Source of the DNA: Planctomycetota bacterium
Lineage (GTDB): Bacteria; Planctomycetota; Phycisphaerae; UBA1845
Reading direction: 5' to 3'
DNA length: 46,281 nucleotides
NCBI GenBank assembly: GCA_022562105.1
Contig: JADFPW010000001.1
Location: 1 to 46,281 of the forward strand
Positions 7,796 through 15,728 of this stretch are shown piece by piece. Under the pieces are notes generated by a model, which was given only the letters and a program-made list of their open reading frames with translations, had not been told where the DNA came from and ran no database searches. The translations under genes were made by a program, and so were the position numbers. Each line of letters begins with the position of its first letter. Within the stretch, counting starts at the first letter, position 1.

Positions 7796-8683
7796 TTCGC
7801 CCCCGACGGCGAGCGTTCGCGCTGGACGGCGATGGTGGTCGCGACGAGGGTGATCCATCAGGAATGAGAGGCGTTCGAGATCGTCTCGATCGACGGCGCC
7901 CTCGAGGATTCGCTTGGCCGTCCGCAGATCCGTACGACGGGTCACGTGCGTCAGCACCACGTGCGGGCAGCGGATCGTCCGCATGATGTCGCGGAGGTCG
8001 CAGACGTGGATGTGCCGACCGGCCCGGGCGCGGGTAACGTGCTGGCGGTCGAAGAAGGTACATTCGAGCAGCAGGAGCTCGGCATCGCGCACGTGGTCCA
8101 GCTCGAGGAACGCTCCTGCCGCGGTATCGCCCGTGCAACTGATGAGCGACACTTCGTTGCGTCGTTCGATCTCCACGCCCTGCCGCTTGAGTTCAACGAG
8201 CTGCGGCCCACTTCGATCCGCATACTCGGGTTTTAGTTTGTGACGGGCTTCGATCACCGAGTAGCCCAGCGCCCCGGCGGTGTGGGACACGGCATAGCTA
8301 CGGACGATGAGATCCCGGCGTAGGACGAACTCGTCACCGGGATCCATGGCGATGATCTCGCCCGGGCAGTGGTGTCCCTCCAACTCCGACCAGACGTCCA
8401 TCAGCCGTTGGGCAGGCTGGGCCAACGATCGATGCAGCAGCACCCGTCCCGGTGAGTTGCCCACAAAGTTTCGTTGGGAGAGATAGTACGCCAACCCCGC
8501 GGCGTGGTCCTGGTGGCCGTGGGAAATGCAGACCGTATCGATGGAAATGATCTCGCGTGGCGCCCGGCCGACGTCGAAGCAGACGTTGAGCTCGGGCGCA
8601 GCGACCACCGTTTCCTCGCCGGCCAGCGAGAAGCCGCATAGCTTGGTCTTACCGACCGTCTTGTGAACCATCCTGGTGGGCAA
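7766..8683 (-). CDS. MBL-fold metallo-hydrolase (RNase Z/ElaC-like)
   Basis: 305 aa. Contains the HxHxDH motif (ISHGHQDHAAG), a later His (AVSHTAGALGY), and downstream D/H residues. The C-terminal tail is encoded by repeat family D. Confidence 0.8.
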   Translation of the reverse strand: MPTRMVHKTVGKTKLCGFSLAGEETVVAAPELNVCFDVGRAPREIISIDTVCISHGHQDHAAGLAYYLSQRNFVGNSPGRVLLHRSLAQPAQRLMDVWSELEGHHCPGEIIAMDPGDEFVLRRDLIVRSYAVSHTAGALGYSVIEARHKLKPEYADRSGPQLVELKRQGVEIERRNEVSLISCTGDTAAGAFLELDHVRDAELLLLECTFFDRQHVTRARAGRHIHVCDLRDIMRTIRCPHVVLTHVTRRTDLRTAKRILEGAVDRDDLERLSFLMDHPRRDHHRRPARTLAVGGERSPQRGDGL

Positions 8684-8719
8684 AGTCGTCAGCCTTCGAT
8701 CTTGCGAATCCTCGCTGGT

Positions 8720-9730
8720 CTATTCGTGCTTGAGTTGGCGGGTCATCAACTCGTCGATCGCACTTCGCGGCGACATCTGCTCGAAGAGCACTTCATACAC
8801 GGCCAATGTGATCGGCATCTGCACGTGGTACTCACGAGCCAGTTCAGCTACGCTGCGGGTCGTGGGAATGCCCTCGATCACCGACGGCGTCGCTGCGACG
8901 ACATCGGCTACCGATTCGCCCGCCCCAATCCGCTCACCGGCCGACCGGTTTCGTCCGACCGGGGAAACGCATGTCGTCACCAGATCGCCTACCCCCGCCA
9001 ACCCCTTGAACGTCTCGGCATGGGCTCCCATGGCGACGCCCAAACGGGTGATCTCGACCAGGCCTCGGGTGATCAGGGCCGCCTTGGCGTTGTCGCCCGC
9101 CTTGAGCCCGTCGATGATACCCGCCGCGATGGCTACCACGTTCTTCGTCGCCCCCGCAAGCTCGACCCCCAGCAGATCCGCATTGGTATACACGCGGAAC
9201 GACCGCGTGCTGAATGATTGCTGGACCAGCTCCGCCAGCGTCAAGTCGTCGCTGGCTGAGACCACCGTGCAAGGCAGGCCGTCGGCCACTTCGGTTGCGA
9301 TGCTGGGCCCGGAAAGCACCGCCAGGGGGACCTCGCCGAGCACGTCGCCGATGATTTGCGTCGCCCGAAGCAGGGTGCCGTTTTCGATTCCCTTGGTCAC
9401 GCTCACCACCGGCTTGCCCGGGGGGCAGGCCACCACCAGCTCGGACCAGACCTGGCGCACAAACTGGCAGGGGACGGCTGAGACAATCAGCTCGGTGTCG
9501 CAGAACGCTTCCATTGCATCGGCGGTGGCGGTCAACGCGTCGGGAAACGAATGGCCGGCCAGGAAGCGACGATTCTCGCGATCTCGTTGAAGGTCGGCGA
9601 TCTGATTCGCAAACGGGCTCCAGATACGCACATCCACTCCCCGCCCCGCCAGAATCAAGCCGCACACGGTGCCCATGGCCCCGTCGCCCACGATGGTTGC
9701 ACGTTTGATGGGACTTGGCGCGATCGACAC
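8720..9730 (-). CDS. gpsA: NAD(P)H-dependent glycerol-3-phosphate dehydrogenase
   Basis: 336 aa. Rossmann motif IVGDGAMGT. Conserved GATKNVVAIAAGI, GDLVTTC and SRNRxxG-like (GRNRSAGERIG) motifs. Confidence 0.92.
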   Translation of the reverse strand: MSIAPSPIKRATIVGDGAMGTVCGLILAGRGVDVRIWSPFANQIADLQRDRENRRFLAGHSFPDALTATADAMEAFCDTELIVSAVPCQFVRQVWSELVVACPPGKPVVSVTKGIENGTLLRATQIIGDVLGEVPLAVLSGPSIATEVADGLPCTVVSASDDLTLAELVQQSFSTRSFRVYTNADLLGVELAGATKNVVAIAAGIIDGLKAGDNAKAALITRGLVEITRLGVAMGAHAETFKGLAGVGDLVTTCVSPVGRNRSAGERIGAGESVADVVAATPSVIEGIPTTRSVAELAREYHVQMPITLAVYEVLFEQMSPRSAIDELMTRQLKHE

Positions 9731-9836
9731 TGGGGCTACTCTCGGCTCACGGTTGTGATCGGTGCTGGAATCGCAACGACGTCGGCCTGTCGATTCGCTC
9801 GCCGCCGGTCAACTGGCGACGTCGACGGGACGCTTG

Positions 9837-10013
9837 CTAGAAAAACCCGCCGCCCGAGACGCCGAACACCTCGTTCACGTAATCGGTGACGAACGAGGCA
9901 GCCACGGAAGCCGCCAGGCCGCCCGCCAAGGCATTGACGTCGTTGATCTGGCAACCGGAGGCTTGGTAGATCGTGCCCACCGTAACCAGGGCGAGCATGC
10001 GCCGCACGTTCAT
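9837..10013 (-). CDS. small secreted hypothetical protein
   Basis: 58 aa from the internal ATG (MNVRRMLALVTVGTIYQASGC...). Signal/lipobox-like N-terminus. Lies directly downstream of the SH3 gene. Confidence 0.3.
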   Translation of the reverse strand: MNVRRMLALVTVGTIYQASGCQINDVNALAGGLAASVAASFVTDYVNEVFGVSGGGFF

Positions 10014-10047
10014 ACGTCGCCGCCGCTGGCTCCGCTGGGTGCGTGTT

Positions 10048-11412
10048 TTACTTGCGTGGTCGAGCATCGGTCACCGCCTCCGTTGAGTTTGTCGATTCAT
10101 CCAATAGAACGAGTGCGTCGGCCACATAGATTACGATCGGCTCGACGCCACCGGTCTGAAAGATCCGGCTCCGGGCCCGGACGCCGACTCGGCGTCCGAC
10201 AAAGCCCTCGACATCGTACTCGGCATCGTCGGGGATTTCGATGTATGCGATGGTCCGGGTGGTGGAAGCGTGGGGATCGACCAACCGGTATCGTCGCGGC
10301 CCGACCGGTGAGGCGTAGACCGCGCTGATCCGCAGCTCGCCCTGTGCGTCGAATGCGGGATCGATCGGCTTGGGCTCCGGTCGAAGCGCCGCCCGCTCAG
10401 CCAGCCGCCGCTTCCGCTCGGATCGGACTTCCTCGCCCAGCTCGCGCATCTGCTTGAGGGCGACGGCCACCTCGCTGAGGTATTCGAGTTGTTCGAGTCG
10501 AGCCGCCGCGTAGATCTGCACGTAACGATCAGCCTGTTGATCCGCCATGATGCGGTACTGCTTGATCAGTGGTCCCAGGTCGCGCCGCGACGCCGGCTTG
10601 GCCATCTCCTCGGTGAACCGTGCTTCCGCCGCCGCTAGCTCTGTTTTGGAATCGCGGTCACCCTCTTCGGGGGTGCTCGTGGTCCGGTCGAGCTTCAGCG
10701 GGATCTGTGCGGCCACACTCGTGTCGCTCGCGTCATTGCCCATCGCAACCCTCGTGCTGTCCCCGGCGGGTGTGCCCTGCCGAGTCTCTTCCGGGGTCGG
10801 TGCCGTGGTGGTGAGGTCGGCGCGTTTGATCGGGGCGTCCAGCACTACCCGTTCGGCGGGTTCGGATCGCTTCGTCTCACGGGCCAGAACATCGGGGGCG
10901 ACCGCGACGACGTAGTCGCCATGAATCCAAACCCTAGCTCCGTCCGGCGGGACGATCCGCAGGAGTCCGTCGTCTCCGCCTACGGCGGACTCGACGATTT
11001 GCACGACCGTGCCGCGCTTCAGGCGTGGGTGGTAATTGTAGGCGTAGCGCTTTTGCTTCTGGTTCAGCGCGTCGGCGTAGACCCGCACCCGATCGGCGTT
11101 GACCACCCCCGTGCTGTCGTCACCCAGGTCCACCACCTTCCTCGATATGACGCTGTACACGCCCTTCGGCGGAGCCACCGCCAGCCACTTGCCCTCGCCC
11201 CGGTCCACGACCCGGACCCGATCACCTGCCCCGAGCTTGGTCACGACGTAGTAGTTGGTACTCGGTCCGCTGCGCACGTTGACGCGATCCTCGGTGATCT
11301 CGCCGATGTAGGCCGCAAACGGGGACGCGTCCTGGCTGGCCTGGGCAACGAGCCCGTAGCCAAACGCCGCCATGAGGGCAAACACAATGACCGGTGGTCT
11401 TGTCTCGGACAT
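10048..11412 (-). CDS. SH3b domain-containing secreted protein
   Basis: 454 aa from MSETRPPVIVFALMAAFGYGLVAQA (signal peptide). Bacterial SH3 signature VNVRSGPSTNYYVVTKLGAGDRVRVV. The longer 594-aa ORF would run into pabB on the other strand. Confidence 0.65.
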   Translation of the reverse strand: MSETRPPVIVFALMAAFGYGLVAQASQDASPFAAYIGEITEDRVNVRSGPSTNYYVVTKLGAGDRVRVVDRGEGKWLAVAPPKGVYSVISRKVVDLGDDSTGVVNADRVRVYADALNQKQKRYAYNYHPRLKRGTVVQIVESAVGGDDGLLRIVPPDGARVWIHGDYVVAVAPDVLARETKRSEPAERVVLDAPIKRADLTTTAPTPEETRQGTPAGDSTRVAMGNDASDTSVAAQIPLKLDRTTSTPEEGDRDSKTELAAAEARFTEEMAKPASRRDLGPLIKQYRIMADQQADRYVQIYAAARLEQLEYLSEVAVALKQMRELGEEVRSERKRRLAERAALRPEPKPIDPAFDAQGELRISAVYASPVGPRRYRLVDPHASTTRTIAYIEIPDDAEYDVEGFVGRRVGVRARSRIFQTGGVEPIVIYVADALVLLDESTNSTEAVTDARPRK

Positions 11413-11567
11413 GGTCGTCAATTCCCGCTTCTGAAAGGTCACTTCCTCAAGCCACACCAACGACGCGACCCTACTGATCGCCCTGGCCCCTGTCAACGAT
11501 CGCGGCCCTTGTGACTTGTGCGGACGCCCTGCCGCCGGAGCCCGCCTTTCCGCTATAATCTCCGCCC

Positions 11568-13016
11568 ATGAATCGCCCGTTTGGACATGACAACGCCGGC
11601 CTGCTGGTACGCCAGTGCCCGCAGGCGGTGTCGATTGGCCCGGCGCTCGCCGGGCTCGCCCGGCAGCCCCATCCATTCGTGCTGGAAAGCGTTTCCACCG
11701 ATTCGTCCGCCGGTCGCTATTCGATTCTGGGGTGTGATCCGGTGGACGAATTCGTGCAGCGAGACCTGGACGGCGGAGACTGGGTTGACGGTTTCCGGTC
11801 GGCGCTGGATCGATGGCCCGCCGTGCATTCACGCCCCGATGTGCCGTTTCCCGGCGGATGGGTCGGATTCGTCGGCTACGAGGCCGGCGCCGTCCTGGAG
11901 AACGTCCGCCCGCGTGTAGCGCCGGATGTGGACCAACCGGTCGTCGGCTTTCGCCTCTACGACAGTGCCCTCATCTGGGATCATGCCCGGGATCGATGCT
12001 TCGCCGTGGCGGTTGACTGGCCGCCTGACCTCCCGGTCACACGCCCATCAGCGGACGAACGCATAGATCGGCTGATGGAACTCGCTTGTCAGTCGCCTCG
12101 GCCCACACCCGATACTTTAGATTCGCCGGTAGGGCCGCCACCCGTCTCCAACATGACGCATGACCAGTATTTGCAGAAGGTGCGCCGAATCCTCGACTAC
12201 ATCGCGGCCGGCGACGCCTACCAGGTGAATCTGACCCAGCGGTTTACCACGGCGACTGCGGCATCACCGTTGGAGCTCTATCGCCGTCTGCGACGTGCGA
12301 ACCCCGCCGCGTACGCAGCCTGGCTTGACTGGGGCGACGGAGCGATCTTGAGCAGCTCTCCCGAGCTGTTTCTGGACCTGCGCGATGGGCGGGTGGTTAC
12401 TCGGCCGATCAAGGGTACGCGTCCGCGCATCGGCGATCCGGTGGTCGATGCGGCTGCCCAAGAGGAGTTGCTGCACAGCGCAAAGGACGCTGCCGAGTTG
12501 ACCATGATTATCGACTTGCTGCGCAACGACCTGGGCCGCGTGTGCGAGTTCGGTTCGATTCGCGTCGAGTCGGCCTCGACGTTGGAAACGCATCCGACGG
12601 TCTATCATCTGTCCGCCACGATAGTCGGGACGTTGCGGGAGGGCGTTTCGGCGCTCGATCTGCTACGGGCAGCGAGTCCGGGTGGTTCGGTAACCGGCTG
12701 CCCAAAGATCCGGGCCATGCAGATCATCAACGAACTGGAGCCGTCGCGTCGCAACGTCTACTGCGGCTCGATAGGCTACCTGGGACTGGACGGCTCGATG
12801 TGCATGAACATCGCCATCCGCACTATGATTCTGGATCGCGGACAGCTGCACCTCCATGCCGGCGGGGCGATCGTGGCCGACAGCGATCCCCAGGCTGAGT
12901 ACGAAGAAACACTGGCCAAGGCTCGGGGAATGTTCCGTGCTCTGGGATATGAGAATCCAGGCGAACTGTTTCCCACGCCTGCGCCATACGACGAGGCGGC
13001 CCCATGCACTCGGTGA
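11568..13016 (+). CDS. pabB: aminodeoxychorismate synthase component I (chorismate-binding enzyme)
   Basis: 482 aa. Motifs SPELFLDLRDGRVVTRPIKGTRPR, GGSVTGCPKIRAMQIINELE and YCGSIGYLG. Overlaps the downstream class IV aminotransferase gene. Confidence 0.88.
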   Translation: MNRPFGHDNAGLLVRQCPQAVSIGPALAGLARQPHPFVLESVSTDSSAGRYSILGCDPVDEFVQRDLDGGDWVDGFRSALDRWPAVHSRPDVPFPGGWVGFVGYEAGAVLENVRPRVAPDVDQPVVGFRLYDSALIWDHARDRCFAVAVDWPPDLPVTRPSADERIDRLMELACQSPRPTPDTLDSPVGPPPVSNMTHDQYLQKVRRILDYIAAGDAYQVNLTQRFTTATAASPLELYRRLRRANPAAYAAWLDWGDGAILSSSPELFLDLRDGRVVTRPIKGTRPRIGDPVVDAAAQEELLHSAKDAAELTMIIDLLRNDLGRVCEFGSIRVESASTLETHPTVYHLSATIVGTLREGVSALDLLRAASPGGSVTGCPKIRAMQIINELEPSRRNVYCGSIGYLGLDGSMCMNIAIRTMILDRGQLHLHAGGAIVADSDPQAEYEETLAKARGMFRALGYENPGELFPTPAPYDEAAPCTR

Positions 13017-13876
13017 TCTTCAAGGACGGCGATTGGCTGTCCGCCGAGGACGCTTCGGTGAGCGTGTTTGACGGCGGTTGGCTGCACGGGGCTGGGCTAT
13101 TCGAGACCATGCGGGCCGAGTTCGGGACTGTATTTCGATTGGATGCCCACCTGGACCGGTTAATGAACTCAGCCGCCAAACTCCTGATTCCCATCGAACG
13201 ACCGGACCTGCCTCTGACCACGGATTTCGAGGCGTTACTACGGCGCAACGAGCTGCCCGAGGCTCGCGTTCGGATGACCGTGACCTCCGGGCGGGTGGAT
13301 GGTCAAGAGCCACAAGATGATCGACCGAAGCTCACCGTCATCGTCACGGCGGCTCCGTTGACCGGTTACCCGCCTGAACTGTATGAGCGCGGCCTGTCGG
13401 TGGTCATCTCGCGCTACCGGCAAAACCCCGACGATCCTCTGACCGGTCATAAGTCCACCAGTTACCTGTCGCGATTGGTCGCCCTGCGCGAGGCTCAGCA
13501 AAGTCAGTGCGGCGAAGCTCTGTGGTTTACGACTCAGAATCTGTTGGCTGAGGGTTGCCTGAGTAACGTGTTCGTGGTCAAGGATGGGAAACTGCACACC
13601 CCACCGCTGAGCACGCCGGTATTGCCCGGAATCGCTCGATCGGTGGTCATCGAGATCGCCGGCGAGCAGTCCATCGAGGTGAAGGAACGACCGCTGTCCA
13701 TCGACGAACTGCTCGACGCCGACGAGGTGCTGCTGACCAACTCGATCATGCAGGTGTTGCCGGTCTGTCGGGTGGAACGCAAGAACATCGGCACGGGCAA
13801 ACCCGGCAAGATGGCCCGGCAATTGGCTGAACATTATCGAAAGAAGGTGGCGACCGAATGTCGGCCCGACGTGTGA
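13004..13876 (+). CDS. pabC: aminodeoxychorismate lyase / class IV aminotransferase
   Basis: 290 aa. Class IV fold pattern: DGGWLHGAGLFETMRA, KSTSYL, LPGIARSVV. Overlaps pabB by 13 nt. Confidence 0.8.
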   Translation: MHSVIFKDGDWLSAEDASVSVFDGGWLHGAGLFETMRAEFGTVFRLDAHLDRLMNSAAKLLIPIERPDLPLTTDFEALLRRNELPEARVRMTVTSGRVDGQEPQDDRPKLTVIVTAAPLTGYPPELYERGLSVVISRYRQNPDDPLTGHKSTSYLSRLVALREAQQSQCGEALWFTTQNLLAEGCLSNVFVVKDGKLHTPPLSTPVLPGIARSVVIEIAGEQSIEVKERPLSIDELLDADEVLLTNSIMQVLPVCRVERKNIGTGKPGKMARQLAEHYRKKVATECRPDV

Positions 13877-15012
13877 GCACCAAACCCCGCCGAGCGGCCC
13901 CAACGCTGCGAGAAGTGTGCGACGGCCTCGAACGAATCGCTCCGACCGCGTTGGCCCAGTCGTGGGATAACGTGGGTCTTCTAGCCGGCGATCCGAACGC
14001 CACGGTGCGCCGGGCGATGTTGTGCATCGATCTGATGCCGGCGGTCGTCACCGAAGCGATCAGCGCCGACGTTCAACTGATCGTCGCCTACCATCCACCG
14101 ATCTTCAAACCCGTGGGCCGACTGCTGGCCGACAGTCGGGAAACCGATTCGCAGGTCTTCGACTGCATCGCGGCGGGAATCGCCATTTACTCTCTGCACA
14201 CTGCCTACGATGCGGCTGACGGCGGCACGAACGATGTCATCGCGGAACTGTGCGGCATCGATCCGCGGACTTGCGAGCCGCTGGAGTTCGTCGATCAACC
14301 CGGCGAGCGGTCCTGCAAGCTGGTCGTATTCACTCCTATCAGCGCGACTGAGCGGGTGGCGGAGGCCGTCTCCGCAGCCGGCGCGGGAATCATTGGCCAG
14401 TATCGCCGGTGCAGTTTCCGCGGGGCGGGCACGGGCACATTTGAGGGATCCGATGCCACCAATCCCGCCGTCGGCCGGGCCGGTGTGTATGAAAAGGTGG
14501 ACGAAATCAGGCTAGAAACCATCGTCCCACACGGAGTACTCCCGGCCGTAATCGACGCCTTGCGGGCCGCGCATCCCTACGAGGAGCCGGCATACGACAT
14601 CTACCCGCTCGATCCGTCACCCGTTCGCGGCATCGGTCGCGTCGGACGGCTGCCGCGCCCGATCACTCTCATCGCCCTGGCCCGCAAGTTGAAGAAGGCT
14701 GCCCAGGCCGCCGGCGTGCAAGTCGTGGGACAGAAGGACAAGCTGGTCCGACGAGCGGTGATCCTGGTCGGCGCTGCGGGAAGCCTACCCTTCCGCGTCG
14801 GTCTGGGGTCCGACGACGTGGTCATCACCGGTGAGATTCGCCACCACGACGCCCTCACCATCCGCCGCCACGGCGCCGCTGCCGTGGCGTTGGGGCATTG
14901 GAGCAGTGAACGTCCCGGGCTGGGGCGCTTGGCGGATCGGATGCGCGACGCGATGCCGTCGCTCGACGTGCAACTCAGCGACGCCGACCATGAACCCTTC
15001 GTGGCCGGCTGA
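13858..15012 (+). CDS. Nif3-like dinuclear metal centre protein (YbgI / GTP cyclohydrolase 1 type 2 homologue family)
   Basis: 384 aa. Motifs LAQSWDNVGLL, AYHPPIFKP, YSLHTAYDA, and a C-terminal GHWSSE. Overlaps pabC by 19 nt. Confidence 0.85.
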   Translation: MSARRVSTKPRRAAPTLREVCDGLERIAPTALAQSWDNVGLLAGDPNATVRRAMLCIDLMPAVVTEAISADVQLIVAYHPPIFKPVGRLLADSRETDSQVFDCIAAGIAIYSLHTAYDAADGGTNDVIAELCGIDPRTCEPLEFVDQPGERSCKLVVFTPISATERVAEAVSAAGAGIIGQYRRCSFRGAGTGTFEGSDATNPAVGRAGVYEKVDEIRLETIVPHGVLPAVIDALRAAHPYEEPAYDIYPLDPSPVRGIGRVGRLPRPITLIALARKLKKAAQAAGVQVVGQKDKLVRRAVILVGAAGSLPFRVGLGSDDVVITGEIRHHDALTIRRHGAAAVALGHWSSERPGLGRLADRMRDAMPSLDVQLSDADHEPFVAG

Positions 15013-15032
15013 TCCAACGATTCGGACGGATG

Positions 15033-15458
15033 CTACTCACGCTCCCGTTTGGCTTGTTCGATCATTTTTTCTACCGACCGTGACCGCAAGAACCTCCCCG
15101 CCTCTCTCAGCAACAATCGCAAATAGAGCAGCCCGGTGATCGAGAAGAAAGCGCCAAACCCGATCCACCAGATGGTCAGATCCGCGGCTGCCATGACCAG
15201 CAATACAGCGCCAATAGCCAAGCCGACCAACGCACCAAAGGCCAATCCAATCGGTGGGCGCAGGTGCTGGGACATGTAAATGCCGGTCATGTTCAGCGAC
15301 TGGGCGTTGTAGACGGATCCACACTCCGGGCATCGCCCAAAATACGGCAACGCCTTGAGACAGTAGCCGCAGGAGGCGCAGTATACCTCGCCGACCATTT
15401 CCCGCATCCGCGTGGGGTCGCGTTCCAGCCGCCTCAGCTCGCTCTCTTGGATCACCAT
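15033..15458 (-). CDS. zinc-ribbon membrane protein, hypothetical
   Basis: 141 aa. CASCGYC...CPECG zinc ribbon followed by two hydrophobic segments. Confidence 0.6.
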   Translation of the reverse strand: MVIQESELRRLERDPTRMREMVGEVYCASCGYCLKALPYFGRCPECGSVYNAQSLNMTGIYMSQHLRPPIGLAFGALVGLAIGAVLLVMAAADLTIWWIGFGAFFSITGLLYLRLLLREAGRFLRSRSVEKMIEQAKRERE

Positions 15459-15546
15459 CTGACTACCCTATGCACTCCGGTTGGCTCGCGGGAACGCTCC
15501 AAACCGTGAATCATCTATCTACTGTGGTGTCTCACAGTAACCGCGA

Positions 15547-15614
15547 TTATCCGAGCCGCGACCGTGAGGGAGCGGTCGCAGGAGAACACTCCCTCACGGT
15601 CGCGGCTCGGATAA
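15547..15614. repeat. REP-like hairpin, family B (perfect 26-bp arms)
   Basis: TTATCCGAGCCGCGACCGTGAGGGAG, then a 16-nt loop, then CTCCCTCACGGTCGCGGCTCGGATAA. Confidence 0.85.
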
Positions 15615-15661
15615 GAATATCTTTTGAGTTCAATGCGACACAACATTAAGCTACGACCTTC

Positions 15662-15715
15662 CACCGGTTGCAAACCGGTGCCACACCTTGACCGGTTAAA
15701 AACCGGTGCCACACA
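15662..15715. repeat. two tandem REP units, family C (the RAYT-associated family)
   Basis: CACCGGTTGCAAACCGGTGCCACAC and GACCGGTTAAAAACCGGTGCCACACA. Same hairpin plus GTGCCACAC tail as the units flanking the RAYT at 38972-39595. Confidence 0.8.
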
Positions 15716-15728
15716 TACACACAAGGTT

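Noticed and set aside
7303-8138. ORFs 7303..7719-, 7135..7662+, 7593..8138- and 7708..7986+ as genes.
   Set aside because: They are translations of the family-D repeats and of the antisense strand of the MBL gene. Composition is Arg/Pro/Gly-rich and no start context is evident.
11413-11832. N-terminal 140-aa extension of the SH3-domain ORF (10048..11832).
   Set aside because: The extension is Arg/Pro-rich and crosses the pabB start on the opposite strand. A signal peptide follows the internal Met at 11412.
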